Positions 9,236-19,394 of a stretch of DNA of 64,000 bases are shown piece by piece. The DNA comes from Clostridia bacterium (GTDB lineage Bacteria > Bacillota > Clostridia > Lachnospirales > JAOARL01), in assembly GCA_025210555.1 (NCBI GenBank), contig JAOARL010000020.1, positions 5,265-69,264 of the forward strand. The letters run 5' to 3'. Position 1 is the first letter of the stretch, and the number at the start of each line of letters is the position of its first letter. Under the pieces are notes generated by a model, which made no database searches, had not been told where the DNA came from, and saw only the letters and a program-made list of their open reading frames with translations. The translations under genes were made by a program, and so were the position numbers.

Positions 9236-10210
9236 GTGGAAGGTATAAAAAAGTATTTAGATAATACTCTTGGTGAAAATGTGTTTTTGGAAGATATAAA
9301 TTATAATTTGTTACCACTAATATTTAAAGATAAATATGATATTAAAAAAATTAGAGTATTAAAAAAAGAATTTATATTGGTTAGTGTTGTAGATCAAAAT
9401 TTTACAGTAGTGAAAATAGTAAAACATTTAAATAAAATAGAAAATATTATGGAAAAAAAACCAATTTTAGTAGTTGATAATTTAAGTAGATATAAAAGAA
9501 GTGAATTAATAAAAAAAAGAATTGATTTTATACAAATAGATAGGCAAATATATTTACCATCTATTTATGTAGAGTTGGAAGAAGTGAGAAATAGAAATAT
9601 AAAAAACGAAATAAAAGAGGCATTTACTCCTTCTGAGCAAGCTATATATTTAACTTTTTTATACAATGAAAAAATTGAATATGAAGCTAATGAGTTATTG
9701 GATAAATTTGGATATAGTCTTATGACTGTTACAAGAGCTCTGAACTCATTAGTTGATAGAAATATATTAAAGTATAGAATAGGCGGTTATAATCAAAGAA
9801 CTAAGATATATAGTTTGGCTCTTAATGAAGGGATTTATGAAAATACAAATAAGTATGTGAAATCACCTGTGTTACGAAAAATAAAAGTTAAGGAAAGTTC
9901 TTGTGAATATCTGAAATCAGGCTACACTGCATTTTCGGAGATTTCAAATTTGAATTCTAATAAAATAGAAGAAAAGGCTGCTTATTTTAAAGATAAGTGT
10001 CTAGATAGTTTGATAGAGGCTGATGAAGACGATATAGAAAAAGGTGACTATATTGAGTTAGAGATTTGGAGTTATGATCCTAAAAAAATATCTAATAGTG
10101 AACTGGTTGATAAGATTTCACTTCTTGCGGTCATTGGAAGAACAAATGATATCAGAGTAGAAAAAGAGATTGATATGATTATGGGGGATGGTAAATGGTA
10201 TATGGAATAG
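9236..10210 (+). CDS. hypothetical protein with central winged-helix-like segment
   Basis: 324 aa; GTG start after GAGGTGA; YSLMTVTRALNSLVDRNILKY resembles MarR/wHTH recognition region. Confidence 0.5.
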   Translation: MEGIKKYLDNTLGENVFLEDINYNLLPLIFKDKYDIKKIRVLKKEFILVSVVDQNFTVVKIVKHLNKIENIMEKKPILVVDNLSRYKRSELIKKRIDFIQIDRQIYLPSIYVELEEVRNRNIKNEIKEAFTPSEQAIYLTFLYNEKIEYEANELLDKFGYSLMTVTRALNSLVDRNILKYRIGGYNQRTKIYSLALNEGIYENTNKYVKSPVLRKIKVKESSCEYLKSGYTAFSEISNLNSNKIEEKAAYFKDKCLDSLIEADEDDIEKGDYIELEIWSYDPKKISNSELVDKISLLAVIGRTNDIRVEKEIDMIMGDGKWYME

Positions 10211-10377
10211 AAAAATTTAAGGATTATTTTGATGGTTTTGAAGAAAATTATATAATTATTGGTGGGAGCGCTCTGAGTATACATTATGAAGCGCTGGGTG
10301 AAGATTTTAAAGAAGAGATAACTGCAAATGAAGAGGATGATGTAATTATTCAAAGGTTTTTAAAAATATACGAATGA
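10195..10377 (+). pseudogene. probable truncated nucleotidyltransferase (AbiEii-like) remnant
   Basis: 60-aa ORF overlapping upstream stop; YIIIGGSALSIH resembles the GG(S/T)AL N-terminus of AbiEii/NTase-type toxins, but frame ends after 60 codons just before a terminator. Confidence 0.3.
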
Positions 10378-10387
10378 ACAAAAAATA

Positions 10388-10424
10388 AAGACGACTTATT
10401 TTAAAATAAGTTGTCTTTTCTTTT
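10388..10424 (+). terminator. intrinsic terminator
   Basis: Long stem agacgacttatttt/aaaataagttgtct then T-run. Confidence 0.75.
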
Positions 10425-10499
10425 CACTAAAATGTAATATTTGGCCGATATATAATATGATATAATATTTAAAGAATAAGTACTTGAGGTGAGTTGTAA

Positions 10500-13337
10500 A
10501 TGAAAAAAATGTTAATAGTATTAACTATATGTTTAGCTCTTATTAATAGTGATGCAAATGCTGCCGAATATAAGGGGCGAATAGATGGTCAGAGTATAGT
10601 AGATACAATAGATTTTAATGATGTGCCAAGGGAATATTGGGCTAGCGAAGCTATAATAAGAGCTGGAGCGCTTGATATGGTTAAAGGTTATAATAATGAG
10701 TTTAGACCGCTTGATGGAATAACTAATGAAGAAGCTTTGGCTTTCATAATGAGGGGATTAGGTTATGAAGATAGAGCTATAGAGCTTGGTATAGAATATA
10801 GAAATGTTTATCCTGATGACTCTTTAGAAAAAGTTTGGTCAGTTGGATATATAGTCCTTGCAGAAGAGCAAGGGATAATAACAGGAGAAAATTTGGGAGA
10901 TGCATTAAGATTAGATCAAGAAAATTTGGATGCTAATGCGTTTGCTAGAAAAAATATAGTAGATAGAGAGACTGTAGCAGTATGGCTTGTTAAATTATTA
11001 GGAGATAAGTTAGAACCAGTTAGTGGATATCATCAAATATTTGAATTTGATGATTGGAAAAATATAGATGAAGATAATTTGATGTTTATAGAAAAGGCTG
11101 TGGCAAATGGAATTATATCAGGCGATGGTAAAAGTTTTAATCCAGATAAATTAATAACTAGAGCTGAAATGGCACAAATGCTTAAAAACATTGAGAAATA
11201 TTATAATGAAGAAGCAAAGATTGAAAAAAAGTCAGGTTATATAAACAGAATAGAAGACATATTAAGTGAAGAAGGTAAAACTAGAAAGTTCTATATCACG
11301 AGTGATGAAGTAGAAGATGTTATAACTGTAACGAAGACAAAATTTGCTAAAGAAGACTTAGTTGTATATAGAAACAATAGAGTTGAAAATTCGGGTGTTA
11401 TCGAGGAACTAGAGAGTATTGGGTACTTAGTAGATTCTGATGGTAGAGTGCTTTATATTTTTGATAAGGGAGAATCTTTATCAAAAGTTATGGGAAGAAT
11501 GATACCAACAGAAGAAGAGGGAATATTAGTAGTTGAAAGGGATGGAAATCTTTACGAATATAAACTAGATACAAATATGTATAGAACTAAAGATACAGGA
11601 AAAGAATTAAGATTTGATGGTAATTTTATGAAAGATGAAGCCTTACCCTATTATAAAAATGTTGAAGTTATAATGACTGGGAGTGTAGTTGTAGATATAA
11701 AAAAAGGAAAAGATGAGGTTGTAGATAAGGAAATAAAAGGTGTAGTAATAGATAATAATCCAATGCTTTCTTATATAACTATTTACACAGAAGATGGGGA
11801 AATAACGAAGAGCTACGAAAGAAATAAAGTTAAAGTTGAAAAACAAGAATATACAGATGAAGAGGATGAAATGGGATATATAGATGAAGTGTTCCCTAAT
11901 TTTGCTTATGACCCTAGAGATACTAAGGTAGAAAATATTGAAGCTGGAGATATTGTATATTTAAGAATGGATGGAGACTTAATTACAAATATAAGTGCTA
12001 AAACAGATTATAGTGTTAAGTATGCTAAAGTAACTAACATAGAAAACAAGGGAAAAACAACATATATATACGTAACTTATGAAGATGGAACGAATGAGAG
12101 ACTTACAGCATCTAAAGGAGTATATGTAAGTAAAGGTGGATATAAGGTTAACCTTTCAGAAATTTTAGATGGGGATTGGCTTAAGATTTTGGTTAATGAA
12201 GCTGTTATTGAAGAAGCTAATGTTATAAAGTCGGTAAAAGAGATAGTAATAGATGATGATAATAAAATCATTAAAAATATATATAGAGGAGAGTTTTCGC
12301 ATTTAAATCATTTACAAGGTAAGGTTGTTTTGAAAGATGCAGAAAAGTATACAAAATCAAGCTGGACAGATTATCAGAATATGATAGAGATTAATCTATC
12401 TAATGAAGTTGTGCCTGTTTTTGTTGATGGGTTAAAGGTTTCTCTTGAATATGCAGAAAATAAGTTATATAACTTTGATGGTTATGTATATGTAGCAACA
12501 GAGAAATATTATGATAAGGAAATTGTTAAAAAGGTTACTTTTAGTAGTGAAAGAGAGTATACTCTTAAAACGGATGAAGTAGTATATGCAGATGGTAAGG
12601 GTAATTTTAAATTGGATTACAAATCAACATTACTTACAGCAGATGATTCGACTATAGTTAGAAGATATGGAAGAATGGTTGATAATATAAGTGTTAAAGA
12701 TGGAGATTATGCAAAAGTTGTTATGAGTGGAGATAAAGCAGCTCTTATAGATATATTTTCAAAAGCTGACACATCAAATATTGATATATACAGAGCAAGA
12801 GTTAAGGATATAGAAACAGGGTCAAGGTTTGAAGTTGAGTCTTTTTCAGAACTTGATGATATGGACTGGGATTACAGCACAGTAGATAAAATTTTCAATA
12901 TGGATAAAGATATAGTTATATATGAAGGTGGAAATGTATTATCAAGGGATAAATTTATTGATTATACAGAAGATAGTAAGGTTGGCGAAATATACACAAT
13001 TGCTACAGATGGAACAGATACTTTAGTTATATCAGATATGCCATATACTAAAGAAGCTGTAAAAGGTGAGGTATATAAAATTGATGGAAGTACAATATAT
13101 ACAAAAGACTCATATGTTTATAGAAGAAGTATAAGTAAGTGGCAAGAAACTAGTATAAAAGATACAAGTGTGTTTATAGAAATAGAAAAAAATGCTATAA
13201 TAGTAAAGGATAATAAAATAATAGATATATCTGAAATTGATGAGGGCGATAAGGTTAGAATTTATACTAATGTAAATTATAAAACTAAATCTGATTCAGA
13301 GGATATAAAAGGATATATAGTATTAGTTGAGGGGTAA
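10500..13337 (+). CDS. SLH-domain cell-surface protein (N-terminal SLH anchor)
   Basis: 945 aa; signal peptide ...DANA/AEY; SLH-like segments in residues ~35-230 (FNDVPREYWASEAI, FRPLDGITNEEALAFIMR, FNPDKLITRAEMAQML). Confidence 0.8.
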   Translation: MKKMLIVLTICLALINSDANAAEYKGRIDGQSIVDTIDFNDVPREYWASEAIIRAGALDMVKGYNNEFRPLDGITNEEALAFIMRGLGYEDRAIELGIEYRNVYPDDSLEKVWSVGYIVLAEEQGIITGENLGDALRLDQENLDANAFARKNIVDRETVAVWLVKLLGDKLEPVSGYHQIFEFDDWKNIDEDNLMFIEKAVANGIISGDGKSFNPDKLITRAEMAQMLKNIEKYYNEEAKIEKKSGYINRIEDILSEEGKTRKFYITSDEVEDVITVTKTKFAKEDLVVYRNNRVENSGVIEELESIGYLVDSDGRVLYIFDKGESLSKVMGRMIPTEEEGILVVERDGNLYEYKLDTNMYRTKDTGKELRFDGNFMKDEALPYYKNVEVIMTGSVVVDIKKGKDEVVDKEIKGVVIDNNPMLSYITIYTEDGEITKSYERNKVKVEKQEYTDEEDEMGYIDEVFPNFAYDPRDTKVENIEAGDIVYLRMDGDLITNISAKTDYSVKYAKVTNIENKGKTTYIYVTYEDGTNERLTASKGVYVSKGGYKVNLSEILDGDWLKILVNEAVIEEANVIKSVKEIVIDDDNKIIKNIYRGEFSHLNHLQGKVVLKDAEKYTKSSWTDYQNMIEINLSNEVVPVFVDGLKVSLEYAENKLYNFDGYVYVATEKYYDKEIVKKVTFSSEREYTLKTDEVVYADGKGNFKLDYKSTLLTADDSTIVRRYGRMVDNISVKDGDYAKVVMSGDKAALIDIFSKADTSNIDIYRARVKDIETGSRFEVESFSELDDMDWDYSTVDKIFNMDKDIVIYEGGNVLSRDKFIDYTEDSKVGEIYTIATDGTDTLVISDMPYTKEAVKGEVYKIDGSTIYTKDSYVYRRSISKWQETSIKDTSVFIEIEKNAIIVKDNKIIDISEIDEGDKVRIYTNVNYKTKSDSEDIKGYIVLVEG

Positions 13338-13341
13338 TTAG

Positions 13342-13626
13342 ATGAGACTAACAAACTTTGAAATTCAATCAATAAAAAAGATAGTTGAAAATAGCGATGA
13401 TGAAGCAGAAGTATATCTTTTTGGTTCGAGAGTCGATAATGCTAAAAGAGGCGGAGATATAGATTTGTTAGTTCTTTCGGATAAATTAAAAAAGATGGAT
13501 ATATATGATATAAAAGAAAAGTTATATATTGAAATAGGGGAGCAAAAGATAGATATTGTTTTATCAAAAAAGGAAGTTGAAGATACTTTTGTTAAATATA
13601 TATTTGAAGAGGCGGTGAGATTATGA
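13342..13626 (+). CDS. minimal nucleotidyltransferase (MNT), antitoxin of a HEPN/MNT pair
   Basis: 94 aa; LFGSR-x10-GDIDLLV motif; ATGA overlap with next gene. Confidence 0.75.
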   Translation: MRLTNFEIQSIKKIVENSDDEAEVYLFGSRVDNAKRGGDIDLLVLSDKLKKMDIYDIKEKLYIEIGEQKIDIVLSKKEVEDTFVKYIFEEAVRL

Positions 13627-14066
13627 GTGAAAAAGAAAAAATATTACTCAAAGAAGAATTACAAAAGCTAAATAAAATGAAAAAGCATTTAAATTATTCA
13701 TATGAAACGTCTAAAGGTGTAATAAATAAAGTTAATAAAGATGAAACAGAGTTAGAAAAATTAGAGGCACTTACTTCTAGATTTGAGAGAATGAGTGACA
13801 TAATAGTACAAAAGATTCTTAGATTGATAGATGAAATAGAGCTTGAAAGAGAAGGTACAGTTATTGATAGGATAAATAAGGCTGAAAAGAGAGGGCTTAT
13901 AGATTCCGCAGAAAGATTTAAAAAAATTAGGAAGATAAGAAATGCGATAACTCATGAGTATATAGAGGATGAATTAGAAGAAATATATGTAATGGTATTT
14001 GAACTTATGCCAGACTTATTAGCTTCTGTAGAAAAAATAAATGATTATTGCAAGAAATACATATAA
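13623..14066 (+). CDS. HEPN-domain protein (HepT/DUF86-like toxin candidate)
   Basis: 147 aa; Rx4H motif in RKIRNAITHEY (R106..H111). Confidence 0.65.
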   Translation: MSEKEKILLKEELQKLNKMKKHLNYSYETSKGVINKVNKDETELEKLEALTSRFERMSDIIVQKILRLIDEIELEREGTVIDRINKAEKRGLIDSAERFKKIRKIRNAITHEYIEDELEEIYVMVFELMPDLLASVEKINDYCKKYI

Positions 14067-14077
14067 AGGAGAAGTCT

Positions 14078-15568
14078 ATGAATAAATTTTTGATTGTTAG
14101 TATTATGATTATTATAAATTTTAGTAGTAGTTATGCTAAAGAAGGTGAAATTGGCTTTTTTGGAGGTATATCAGAGGGATTTAAACTTCCAAAAACAATA
14201 ACAAAGTATGTAACGCCTAAAAAAGCAGACGAGGAACTTGTTTATAAGGAAATGATTTTTTTAACAGGTAAGCCACTTAAATTTGAAGGGAATATAGAAG
14301 TTAAAACAGGAAGTGTTTCAGATACTTCTGATAGTGGAACTTTTAAAGAAGAGTATAAAGTAACTTCGTATAAAAGAAATTTACCAGAAGAGCCTAAAAT
14401 TGATAGAACTATAAAATTTAATACTAATTATTATAAGAAAAATGGTCAGATTGTAAAAGATTCTACGGTTGATAGCTGGAAAGAAACTATAACTTTAGGG
14501 GATAAGGCATATGTTCTAGATGAGGATGAATCATTTTTTCAAAAAAGTATATTTGTAGATACTACTCCAGGTGTTAGTTACTATAGAGGACACATAGACT
14601 ACAAAGCAGTATATTATGCTGGAGATAATGAAAAAGTAGTAGTAAGTGTTACAGGGCCAATATATGGCTATGATCAGCCTTGGTCAAAAACACAAACACA
14701 AAAATTAAAGACTACTGTAGTTAATAAAACTGGTGAAGATACTTTCACAATGGTTGCGAATGTTTCGCCATCAATAAGTGGAAATAAAACGCTTAAATAT
14801 TTTAGTAATGAACCAGATGAAATAAGTTTTGAAGGAAATTATATGGAAGTTATTTCTAATAAAGGTGTATTAAAGTATGAAGTTTTAACATCTCCATTTA
14901 AGTTAACGAGCAAAGAAAAGAAGGGTAGTATAAACTTAGACGGATTTAATCAAAGTGAACAGTTGATGATACCTAAAAATATAGAATATATTGAGGCTTC
15001 ATTTGCAGAAACAGATATAAAGAAACTTTATAGTATGGAGATATTAGAAGAAGATCCAATGTTTTATAATCCAGCAGCTGTTATGACAAGAGCTTCATAC
15101 GTAAGACTTTTATGTAGAGCTATGAATATAGAGCCTGATGAAGTAGAAGAAGGAGAAGATGTAAAGGTATTCTTAGACGTAAATAATCTTCATCCAGATT
15201 ATGGGTATATAAATAAGGCTTTTGAGAAGAATCTGATAAGAGGGGATAGAGGTAGATTTTATCCAACTAAACCGCTTACAAGAGAAGAAGCAATAACTAT
15301 ATATATAAGAATAATAGGATTAGAAAATTTAGGTTTAGGGAAAAGTAATATAACGCCTTTTGCAGATAATGATCAAATAAGCAGCTGGGCTAAACAGGAA
15401 ATATATGCAGCTTATAGATTGGGACTTATTAAAGGAGATTTACAAGGGAAAATAAGACCGAGAGATTATTTGTCAAATCAAGAAGGTGCAGCAATAATTA
15501 ATAGACTTATAGATTATTTAAGATATAACATGGAAAAAAACTATAAAGATAATATAATAAACAATTAA
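14078..15568 (+). CDS. SLH-domain cell-surface protein (C-terminal SLH anchor)
   Basis: Start moved to ATG 14078 (AAAGGAG upstream; signal peptide MNKFLIVSIMIIINFSSSYA); C-terminal SLH repeats (FYPTKPLTREEAITIYIR, IRPRDYLSNQEGAAIINRL). Confidence 0.75.
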   Translation: MNKFLIVSIMIIINFSSSYAKEGEIGFFGGISEGFKLPKTITKYVTPKKADEELVYKEMIFLTGKPLKFEGNIEVKTGSVSDTSDSGTFKEEYKVTSYKRNLPEEPKIDRTIKFNTNYYKKNGQIVKDSTVDSWKETITLGDKAYVLDEDESFFQKSIFVDTTPGVSYYRGHIDYKAVYYAGDNEKVVVSVTGPIYGYDQPWSKTQTQKLKTTVVNKTGEDTFTMVANVSPSISGNKTLKYFSNEPDEISFEGNYMEVISNKGVLKYEVLTSPFKLTSKEKKGSINLDGFNQSEQLMIPKNIEYIEASFAETDIKKLYSMEILEEDPMFYNPAAVMTRASYVRLLCRAMNIEPDEVEEGEDVKVFLDVNNLHPDYGYINKAFEKNLIRGDRGRFYPTKPLTREEAITIYIRIIGLENLGLGKSNITPFADNDQISSWAKQEIYAAYRLGLIKGDLQGKIRPRDYLSNQEGAAIINRLIDYLRYNMEKNYKDNIINN

Positions 15569-15578
15569 GGAGTGAACG

Positions 15579-16979
15579 ATGAAGGGGATTAAGAAAATAT
15601 TAGCATTACTTATGGCATTTAGTTTAACTTTTAATAGCTTAAGTTATGCAGCAGAATTAACAAGTGAGAAAGCAGCAGCAAAAGTAAAAGTTATGATGGA
15701 CATAATAATGGATAGATATGTAGGAGAGGGAAGCGAAGAAATATCAGAAGCGGAACTTATGGATGCGGCGATAAAAGGTATGTTTGATGAACTTGATGTA
15801 TATAGTGAATATTATAATAGAGACGAATATAAAAAGTTTATAGAAAGTGTTTCAGGTAAATTTGGTGGGATTGGTGTATACATAAATGATAATAATGGCG
15901 CAGTTGAAGTTGTAAGACCTATACAAGGAACTCCAGGTTTTGAAGCGGGATTTGCTAAAGGTGACATTATAATTAAAATTGAAGATGAAGACGTGAGAGG
16001 ATACTCAATTAATAAGGTTGTGAGCCTTATAAGAGGAGACGAAGGAACTAGCGTAAGAGTTACAGTTCTAAGAGGAACAGAAGAAGTTGAAATGATAGTT
16101 ACGAGGGCTATAATAAGTGTTCCAGCTATAGAAGTTAAAGAGTTATCAAAAGTTCTTAAGAGAGAAGTTTCAGAGGAAGATACAAAGAAAATAAAGTTTA
16201 TACAACTTATAGATTTTAATGATCATATAAATAAAGAGTTAACAAAAGTATTAAATGAATCAAAGACAGATGGAACTGAAGGAATTATATTCGATGTTAG
16301 AGATAATCCAGGAGGATATTTAGTAGAAGTTGTAAATATCTTAAAGCAATTAGTTCCAGAAGGGCCAATTATTCATACAATAGATAAAGATGGAAATAAG
16401 GAAACAAGAAGTTCATATCTTAAAAACCCACCTTTTAAAATTGTAGTAATAACTAATAATGCATCTGCATCGGCTTCAGAAATTTTTACTGCTGCTGTAA
16501 AAGAAAGTGGTGTTGGTAAAGTTGTAGGAGAAACTACATATGGAAAAGGTGTAGTTCAAGAGATAAAAGTGTTCTTAACAACAGGAGATGCATTTAAAAT
16601 AACAATGCAGGAATACTTAACGAGAGATGAGAATAAAATAAATGGAATTGGTATTGAACCAGATTATAAGGTTGAGGTCCCAACGTATAAAATTAGAGAA
16701 GTTAAAAGACTTAAATTAAATGACAAAGCAGATGATGTAAAAAGAATTAAAAAGATGCTTAAGTATTTAGGTTATGAAATAACAGATGATACGGATGTTT
16801 ATACAAAAGATGTTCTTTTAGCTATTAAGAAATTCCAAAAGGAACAAGGTTTATTCCCATATGGAGTAGCAGATTTCTCAACACAATCTAAGTTAAACAC
16901 TGTAGTAAGAGATAAAATAAAAGAAAAAGATATTCAAGCAGAAAAAGCTTATGAAGTTATGAAAGATATGTTAAAATAG
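15579..16979 (+). CDS. S41 family C-terminal processing peptidase with PDZ and peptidoglycan-binding domains
   Basis: 466 aa; signal peptide; GFAKGDIIIKIEDEDV (PDZ), NNASASASEIF...TYGKG (Ser/Lys catalytic region), C-terminal IKKMLKYLGY...FQKEQGL (PG_binding_1-like). Confidence 0.85.
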   Translation: MKGIKKILALLMAFSLTFNSLSYAAELTSEKAAAKVKVMMDIIMDRYVGEGSEEISEAELMDAAIKGMFDELDVYSEYYNRDEYKKFIESVSGKFGGIGVYINDNNGAVEVVRPIQGTPGFEAGFAKGDIIIKIEDEDVRGYSINKVVSLIRGDEGTSVRVTVLRGTEEVEMIVTRAIISVPAIEVKELSKVLKREVSEEDTKKIKFIQLIDFNDHINKELTKVLNESKTDGTEGIIFDVRDNPGGYLVEVVNILKQLVPEGPIIHTIDKDGNKETRSSYLKNPPFKIVVITNNASASASEIFTAAVKESGVGKVVGETTYGKGVVQEIKVFLTTGDAFKITMQEYLTRDENKINGIGIEPDYKVEVPTYKIREVKRLKLNDKADDVKRIKKMLKYLGYEITDDTDVYTKDVLLAIKKFQKEQGLFPYGVADFSTQSKLNTVVRDKIKEKDIQAEKAYEVMKDMLK

Positions 16980-17009
16980 AAGTAAGATATAATGAGAGAG
17001 GAGGAGCTT

Positions 17010-18740
17010 ATGAAAAAGTTAATACTATCATTACTAATAATGATAATAAGTACTAATGTTCATGCGGAGATACTGACAGTAAAAGATGATGAGAATATAA
17101 TAAAATATGTAGCTGAAGTTAATTCAAAATACAATATAGAAACAGAGCAAAAAAGAGTATATGGAGCATACTTTAGTAATGAAGAATCACAAGAAATTTT
17201 TGATGGAGATAAACTTTTGGTAAGCAAACTCCTAGAAAAGGATAAACTGTTTAGAATATATGATAAGCTTCTTGTTGAAAATAAAAGTGATAATATAGTA
17301 ATTATAGCTTTGAATGATCAAAGCTTCAGAAAAAACAGAGTATATTTTAGAAAAGATGAATATAAAATTTTAAAGGTAACAGATAATATAGAAGAGAAAC
17401 ATTTAGTAGTAAGCACAATTCCTAAAAAATATGAAACTAATGTTAAATTAAATGAAAATATTACAATTAACTTAGAAGAAAAAATAAAATTTATAGACAA
17501 AGATAAAATATATATTTTAACAGGTGATGGAGAAAGTGCTGAAATTAAAGAATTTTACTATATACCAGATTATAATAAGCTTATAGTAGAACCAAAGTTA
17601 AAAGCTGGACTTGGGCATACGGTTGTTTTTGAAGCAGGAGCTCTTATAACAGAAGAAGGAAACAAAAATATAAAATATACTAGTATATTCTATACTAAAG
17701 ATGCTAAACCTTTAAAAATAGAAAAGGTAAATGTAAGTAAAACAAGGTTAGTTGATACTAATAAGAAAATAGAAATTACATTTAATAAAAATATAAAAAA
17801 GCTAGATGGAAGATATTTGTTTAGAAATTTGAATTACGTTATGGGTGTAAAAGAGTTTGAAGTAGAAGGAAATAAACTTACAATAACACCAAAGTATTTA
17901 AGAAGTAATTTTAATTATCTTATAAATGTACCTAGTAAAGCATTAGAAGATGTTGATGGTCTTTCGAATGAAGAATTTGAAATATCATTTAGAACAAAAC
18001 CTATGCCGGTAGTTATTAACTCATATCCAGCAGAAGATATGGAAGATGTAAACTTGGATTCGGGAATAGCTATAATATTCGATGGTAAAATAGAAGAGTT
18101 TGATTTAAGTAAAGTAAATGTATTGGAAAATGGAGAAGAAGTTAAATTTACAGCTACTCCTTTAGAAGATAGAAAAATAATACTTATTGATAATATAAAT
18201 CTTAAAAGTAATAAAACATATAAAGTTAATGTATTAAAAGGTGCTGCAAATGCAGCAGATGGATATATTAATCATGAGCATAGTTTTGAATTTAAAACAT
18301 TAGATTTTTATGATTATACAAATCTAGAAGGATTTTATGGAAGAAATGATATATTGTCATTTGTTAATAAGGGATACTATATAGATTATAAAAATCATGA
18401 ATTTGCTAAGAATGAAGAACTTACAAAACTTGAATATGCAGAGCTTTTAAGTAAAGTACTAAAACTTGAAAGAAAATATACTGATAAAAGTATGTTTGTT
18501 GATATTCCGTTTTCAGATGAAAAGCTAGTATATGCAGTAACGGCAAAAGATTATTTAGCGATAGAAGGTAATACTTTTAGACCAGACGAGAAAGTGACAA
18601 AAAAAGATTTTGTTACAAACTTAGAAATGGCGTATGGTAAAAAACTTAATCTTACTAGTGATTTATCTAGTAAAAACATTACTAAAGCTGAAGCTGTAAT
18701 AATATTAAATAGATTTTTAAATAAAACATCACATGAATAA
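17010..18740 (+). CDS. surface protein with Ig-like repeats and C-terminal SLH-like segments
   Basis: Start moved to ATG 17010 (GAGGAGG upstream; signal peptide ...TNVHA); repeated ~90-aa beta-rich modules; FVDIPFSDEK...FRPDEKVTKKDFV near C-terminus. Confidence 0.6.
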   Translation: MKKLILSLLIMIISTNVHAEILTVKDDENIIKYVAEVNSKYNIETEQKRVYGAYFSNEESQEIFDGDKLLVSKLLEKDKLFRIYDKLLVENKSDNIVIIALNDQSFRKNRVYFRKDEYKILKVTDNIEEKHLVVSTIPKKYETNVKLNENITINLEEKIKFIDKDKIYILTGDGESAEIKEFYYIPDYNKLIVEPKLKAGLGHTVVFEAGALITEEGNKNIKYTSIFYTKDAKPLKIEKVNVSKTRLVDTNKKIEITFNKNIKKLDGRYLFRNLNYVMGVKEFEVEGNKLTITPKYLRSNFNYLINVPSKALEDVDGLSNEEFEISFRTKPMPVVINSYPAEDMEDVNLDSGIAIIFDGKIEEFDLSKVNVLENGEEVKFTATPLEDRKIILIDNINLKSNKTYKVNVLKGAANAADGYINHEHSFEFKTLDFYDYTNLEGFYGRNDILSFVNKGYYIDYKNHEFAKNEELTKLEYAELLSKVLKLERKYTDKSMFVDIPFSDEKLVYAVTAKDYLAIEGNTFRPDEKVTKKDFVTNLEMAYGKKLNLTSDLSSKNITKAEAVIILNRFLNKTSHE

Positions 18741-18756
18741 AATGTGGTGTTTTTTG
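18726..18756 (+). terminator. intrinsic terminator
   Basis: 9-bp stem acatcacat/atgtggtgt enclosing the stop codon, then T6. Confidence 0.7.
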
Positions 18757-18929
18757 TATTAAATAAGTTGGAAAAGAATATTAAATAATAATATGTGATG
18801 TTAATATAGTATGTATAGACAAGATACTACAAAGGAGATAAAATAATTTTGAAGAAATTTGACTTTGTATGAGTGTAAAATATATAATTATTATGACTAC
18901 AAGGGAAAAGAATTAAAGGAGGTGCTGGT

Positions 18930-19394
18930 ATGGATGCAAAATTAATTGCTAAATGGTTTATATTTAGAAATGAACAAGATTTAGATGAAGAAAATATTGA
19001 GTGTATAACTAATTTAAAAATGCAAAAACTGCTTTATTATGCTCAAGGTGTATATCTTGCATATAAAGATAATGAGCTCTTTGGAAATGATATATATGCT
19101 TGGAATCATGGACCTGTTGTAAAAGAAGTTTATGATGAATATAAATCTTACGGTAGACAAGGAATTGATGTAGAAATATCAGAAGGTGAGAAAAGTGAAA
19201 TTTTAAAAGCAATAGGATTTAAAGAAGATTCCCTTGAAGTATTGGAAACGGTTTATAAGAATTATGCTAAGTACTCGGCTTGGCACTTAGTTGAAATGAC
19301 ACATAGCGAAAAACCATGGAAAGAGACTTATAAAGATGAGGTTATAAGTAAGCAGTTGATAAAAGAATATTTCAGAGAAGAAGTATTGGTTTAA
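18930..19394 (+). CDS. Panacea/DUF4065 (SocA/GepA-like) antitoxin-domain protein
   Basis: 154 aa; LKMQKLLYYAQGVYLAY...AWNHGPVVKEVY hallmark of DUF4065. Confidence 0.8.
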   Translation: MDAKLIAKWFIFRNEQDLDEENIECITNLKMQKLLYYAQGVYLAYKDNELFGNDIYAWNHGPVVKEVYDEYKSYGRQGIDVEISEGEKSEILKAIGFKEDSLEVLETVYKNYAKYSAWHLVEMTHSEKPWKETYKDEVISKQLIKEYFREEVLV

